DNA from: Basidiobolus meristosporus CBS 931.73
Taxonomy: Eukaryota; Fungi; Basidiobolomycota
Assembly: GCA_002104905.1 (NCBI GenBank)
Contig: MCFE01000212.1
Location: 63,293 to 127,292 of the forward strand
Length of the DNA stretch: 64,000 nucleotides
Direction of reading: 5' to 3'
The position numbers and the translations under genes are program-made. Shown here piece after piece: positions 61,543 through 64,000 of the stretch. The notes below the pieces were generated by a model. That model worked only from the letters and a program-made list of their open reading frames with translations. It did no database searches and was not told where the DNA came from. Within the stretch, counting starts at the first letter, position 1, and the number at the start of each line of letters is the position of its first letter.

Positions 61543-62404
61543 GGAATCTAGTCAAATTTTCGCCCAGATATTGCGTACCCTATGGAAGATCGGGGATTAA
61601 CCCATTCAATATATTCGTGAATACTAAATGTACATGTTTGACAAGTGGATCTTCAGTTTCGCATAGTTGGGAAAACAGGTAACCAGGTAAACGGCTATGC
61701 CAAGCGGTCTAGTAGTATGCCCTCCCTCATAGGACCAGGTCCACACACATGAGAATTCCTCCTATTCTAAATTAGAGCCTGGGATACACACACGGTCATG
61801 GATCCCCACTATATTGGTGGGTGAGGAAATGAAGTCTAATCTGGAGTAAACGGCTGTTTAGAAGAAGGAAGAATATCGAATGAATTTTCTGCATTGCTCA
61901 GTGATAGTATTTGTTTGATAATGGTCACAGTCTTATTACGATGAAAACTGCTAATAGAGTAGAGTAGAGTAGAGTAGAATAGAATAGAATATATTCATAT
62001 AATGTCACCAGCATAGAGATCTCACATCTTCTGAGCACTGCCTAACAAATGCCACGCTAATTGTACTACACTATCTGTATGAGGCGTATTTTGGAAATAT
62101 CGTGAGATGGGCTGATCGGCCTGCTAATTATCACGAAACGACAGGGAGTTACAGCGCCTGTAGTGAACATCATGAAAATACTTCTTCGTAGTGTGGCGAT
62201 GCTATTTGTATCAATTGGATGCCAAGTATAATGGGAATAATCAGTTAATCTGAACTGAAATTGGCTACTCTACTAGACCACCACCACCACCACCACCACC
62301 AATGGTTGGTTACACGTGCGGGCATCTTCAAATTTAACAGTTTATCCATTGATGCAATTAGGATGATAAATAATAAAATTTGGCTAGATTCTAATAAAAA
62401 TATA

Positions 62405-62475
62405 TGCGTTAACTGGGAGTCGAACCCAGGCCAACTGCTTGGAAGGCAGTTATTCTACCGCTATACTATTAACGC
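62405..62475 (-). tRNA. tRNA-Gly(TCC)
   Basis: ACTGC-CTTCCAA-GCAGT; intact stems. Confidence 0.93.
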
Positions 62476-62572
62476 TTCCTACGTGTGGATGATTGAGTGT
62501 AGCGACTTGATATTATCATTAGGCAGCGTGATAAAGTCTTGATTCAAGCAAAAATAAGAGTGTATGCGTGCG

Positions 62573-62643
62573 CGCGTTAACTGGGAGTCGAACACAGGCC
62601 AACTGCTTGGAAGGCAGTTAATCTACCGCTATACTATTAACGC
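62573..62643 (-). tRNA. tRNA-Gly(TCC), second copy, possibly impaired
   Basis: T-stem mismatch (CTGTG/CCCAG), G discriminator, D-arm change. Confidence 0.65.
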
Positions 62644-62740
62644 TTCTTAAACATGAATATTTGAGTATAGTGATTTCGCATTATCATTAGGCAACGTGTT
62701 GAGGCCCTGATTTGGGTAAAAATAAAAATGCATCCATACA

Positions 62741-62811
62741 TGCATTGGCTATGAGTCGAACTCAGGCCATCCGCTCGTAGTGCAGTTAATCTACCACTTT
62801 ACTATCAAGAC
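62741..62811 (-). pseudogene. tRNA-Gly pseudogene, third 168-bp unit
   Basis: Keeps GAGTCGAAC, CAGGCCA, GCAGTTAATCTACC; anticodon arm degenerate. Confidence 0.65.
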
Positions 62812-63132
62812 GTATCAGATACGGTTCCACCAATACGAGAATCCCCTAATATTACCAACCAGATTAATGGGAAACATTTACCAAGATAGAAAATGTACGA
62901 AGCAGCTTAGTTTGTGATATTGGTATATGGTTTATATAGCAAAAGGTATATTTTTACACTCATACATATGTATGTATGTATGTTGATGATGATTTCAATA
63001 AAGACAAGGTATTATGTAATAGCGGGAGTTGAGTTGGATTGGATTGGATTGGATTGCACTCGATGCCAATGGGGTATGCGAATGCTGGTTATGTGCAGTC
63101 AGTTGGTCAGTCTATGTATACTACTCGTTCGC

Positions 63133-64000
63133 TTACACCTTGTTGATATGGAAGGGGTTGGAGTCTGCTTGGCATTCCGCGCCGCTCTTGGTGGTGGAGA
63201 TCACTTGGTAGTGGTAATCTCCGCTTGAGACAACAGGAAGGGTAAACTCGATAGAGCCCCATGTGTCAGCTGGCTTATTTGGGCGGGTGAAGACCTTCTT
63301 GTAGCTACCGTCCTTCTTTACCAAGGCCACGCTGTTGATAGTCTGAACCTTGGATGCTCCAGTGTCCCAGGAGATACTTTGTCCAGTGCCAGTGTTCCAG
63401 GTGAGGCCAGGAATGAGAGGTGGTGCAGTAATGCGCCATCCCTTGCACTCTGAGGGAGAAGGTGAAGGTGAAGGAGATGGAGATGGAGATGGGCTAGGAG
63501 AAGGACTAGGAGAAGGGCTAGGAGAAGGGCTAGGAGAAGGGCTAGGAGAAGGGCTAGGAGTAGGACTGGGGGAAGGCTTGTGATTGGGATTGGTAACATG
63601 GAATGGGTTTGAGTTCAAGGTACATTTCTTGCCCTTCTTAGTAACACCAATCACCTGGTAGCGGTAGTCACCGGTGGGAACGTTAGGGATCTCAAGACTC
63701 AGATAGCCCCAGGTATTGGCTGGTTGATTAGGATGGAGGAAGATTTGATCAACGGTGTTGTCATTCTTGACGATGGCAACAGTCTTGACGGTATCCAGAC
63801 TAGAAGCGCCAGTATCCCAGGAGAGAACTTGACCAGTTCCAACATTGTAATTGATCCCTGGGATATTAGGAGGGGAGGTTAAACGCCAACCCTTGCAGCC
63901 ATCCACCTCAGGGTCAGGAGTAGTGGTTGGTTTGACACTAGTAGTTTTACTGGTACTAGTGGGCTTGTTCGTAGGTTTGCTGGTGGGTTCGCTCGTAGGT
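63133..64000 (-). CDS. Probable secreted/cell-wall protein, 5'-incomplete: two or more about 105-aa repeats (Kre9/Knh1-N-like beta-sandwich?) joined by (SP)n and Thr/Pro linkers
   Basis: Frame open to the window edge; repeats CKGWR.T.PP.IPG...GTGQ..SWDTGAS...TWG...P.V..GDY.YQVI...C...SNPFH. Confidence 0.8.
   Translation of the reverse strand, partial: PTSEPTSKPTNKPTSTSKTTSVKPTTTPDPEVDGCKGWRLTSPPNIPGINYNVGTGQVLSWDTGASSLDTVKTVAIVKNDNTVDQIFLHPNQPANTWGYLSLEIPNVPTGDYRYQVIGVTKKGKKCTLNSNPFHVTNPNHKPSPSPTPSPSPSPSPSPSPSPSPSPSPSPSPSPSPSPSPSPSECKGWRITAPPLIPGLTWNTGTGQSISWDTGASKVQTINSVALVKKDGSYKKVFTRPNKPADTWGSIEFTLPVVSSGDYHYQVISTTKSGAECQADSNPFHINKV

Overview
Eukaryotic, fungal-looking DNA (probably an early-diverging fungus; inference from the protein sequences and short GT-AG introns) organised in three zones. 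(1) About 1-25.5 kb and 33.9-47.3 kb are nested, CpG-depleted transposon debris: a two-gene PIF/Harbinger(ISL2EU-like) family with one full-length copy at 20214-23632 and a foldback MITE, a Copia element with solo LTRs, CACTA-like remnants, decayed Gypsy pieces and LINEs. (2) About 26.2-33.8 kb is a CpG-rich gene island: two head-to-head malic enzyme paralogues with gene-conversion tracts, a three-exon EndoG/NUC1 nuclease and an unassigned ORF fragment. (3) 47276-55523 is a tandemly duplicated 5488-bp cassette of 17 different intronless tRNA genes (15 amino acids). Its second copy is cut after 10 tRNAs by an intact Ty3/Gypsy element (55524-60902, identical LTRs, no target-site duplication, both ends 6-10 bp from a tRNA or tRNA-like 5' end). 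A 168-bp tRNA-Gly(TCC) triplet and the 3' part of a repeat-domain, Ser/Pro/Thr-linker protein gene follow. All coordinates and counts were read by eye; boundaries of decayed elements are approximate.
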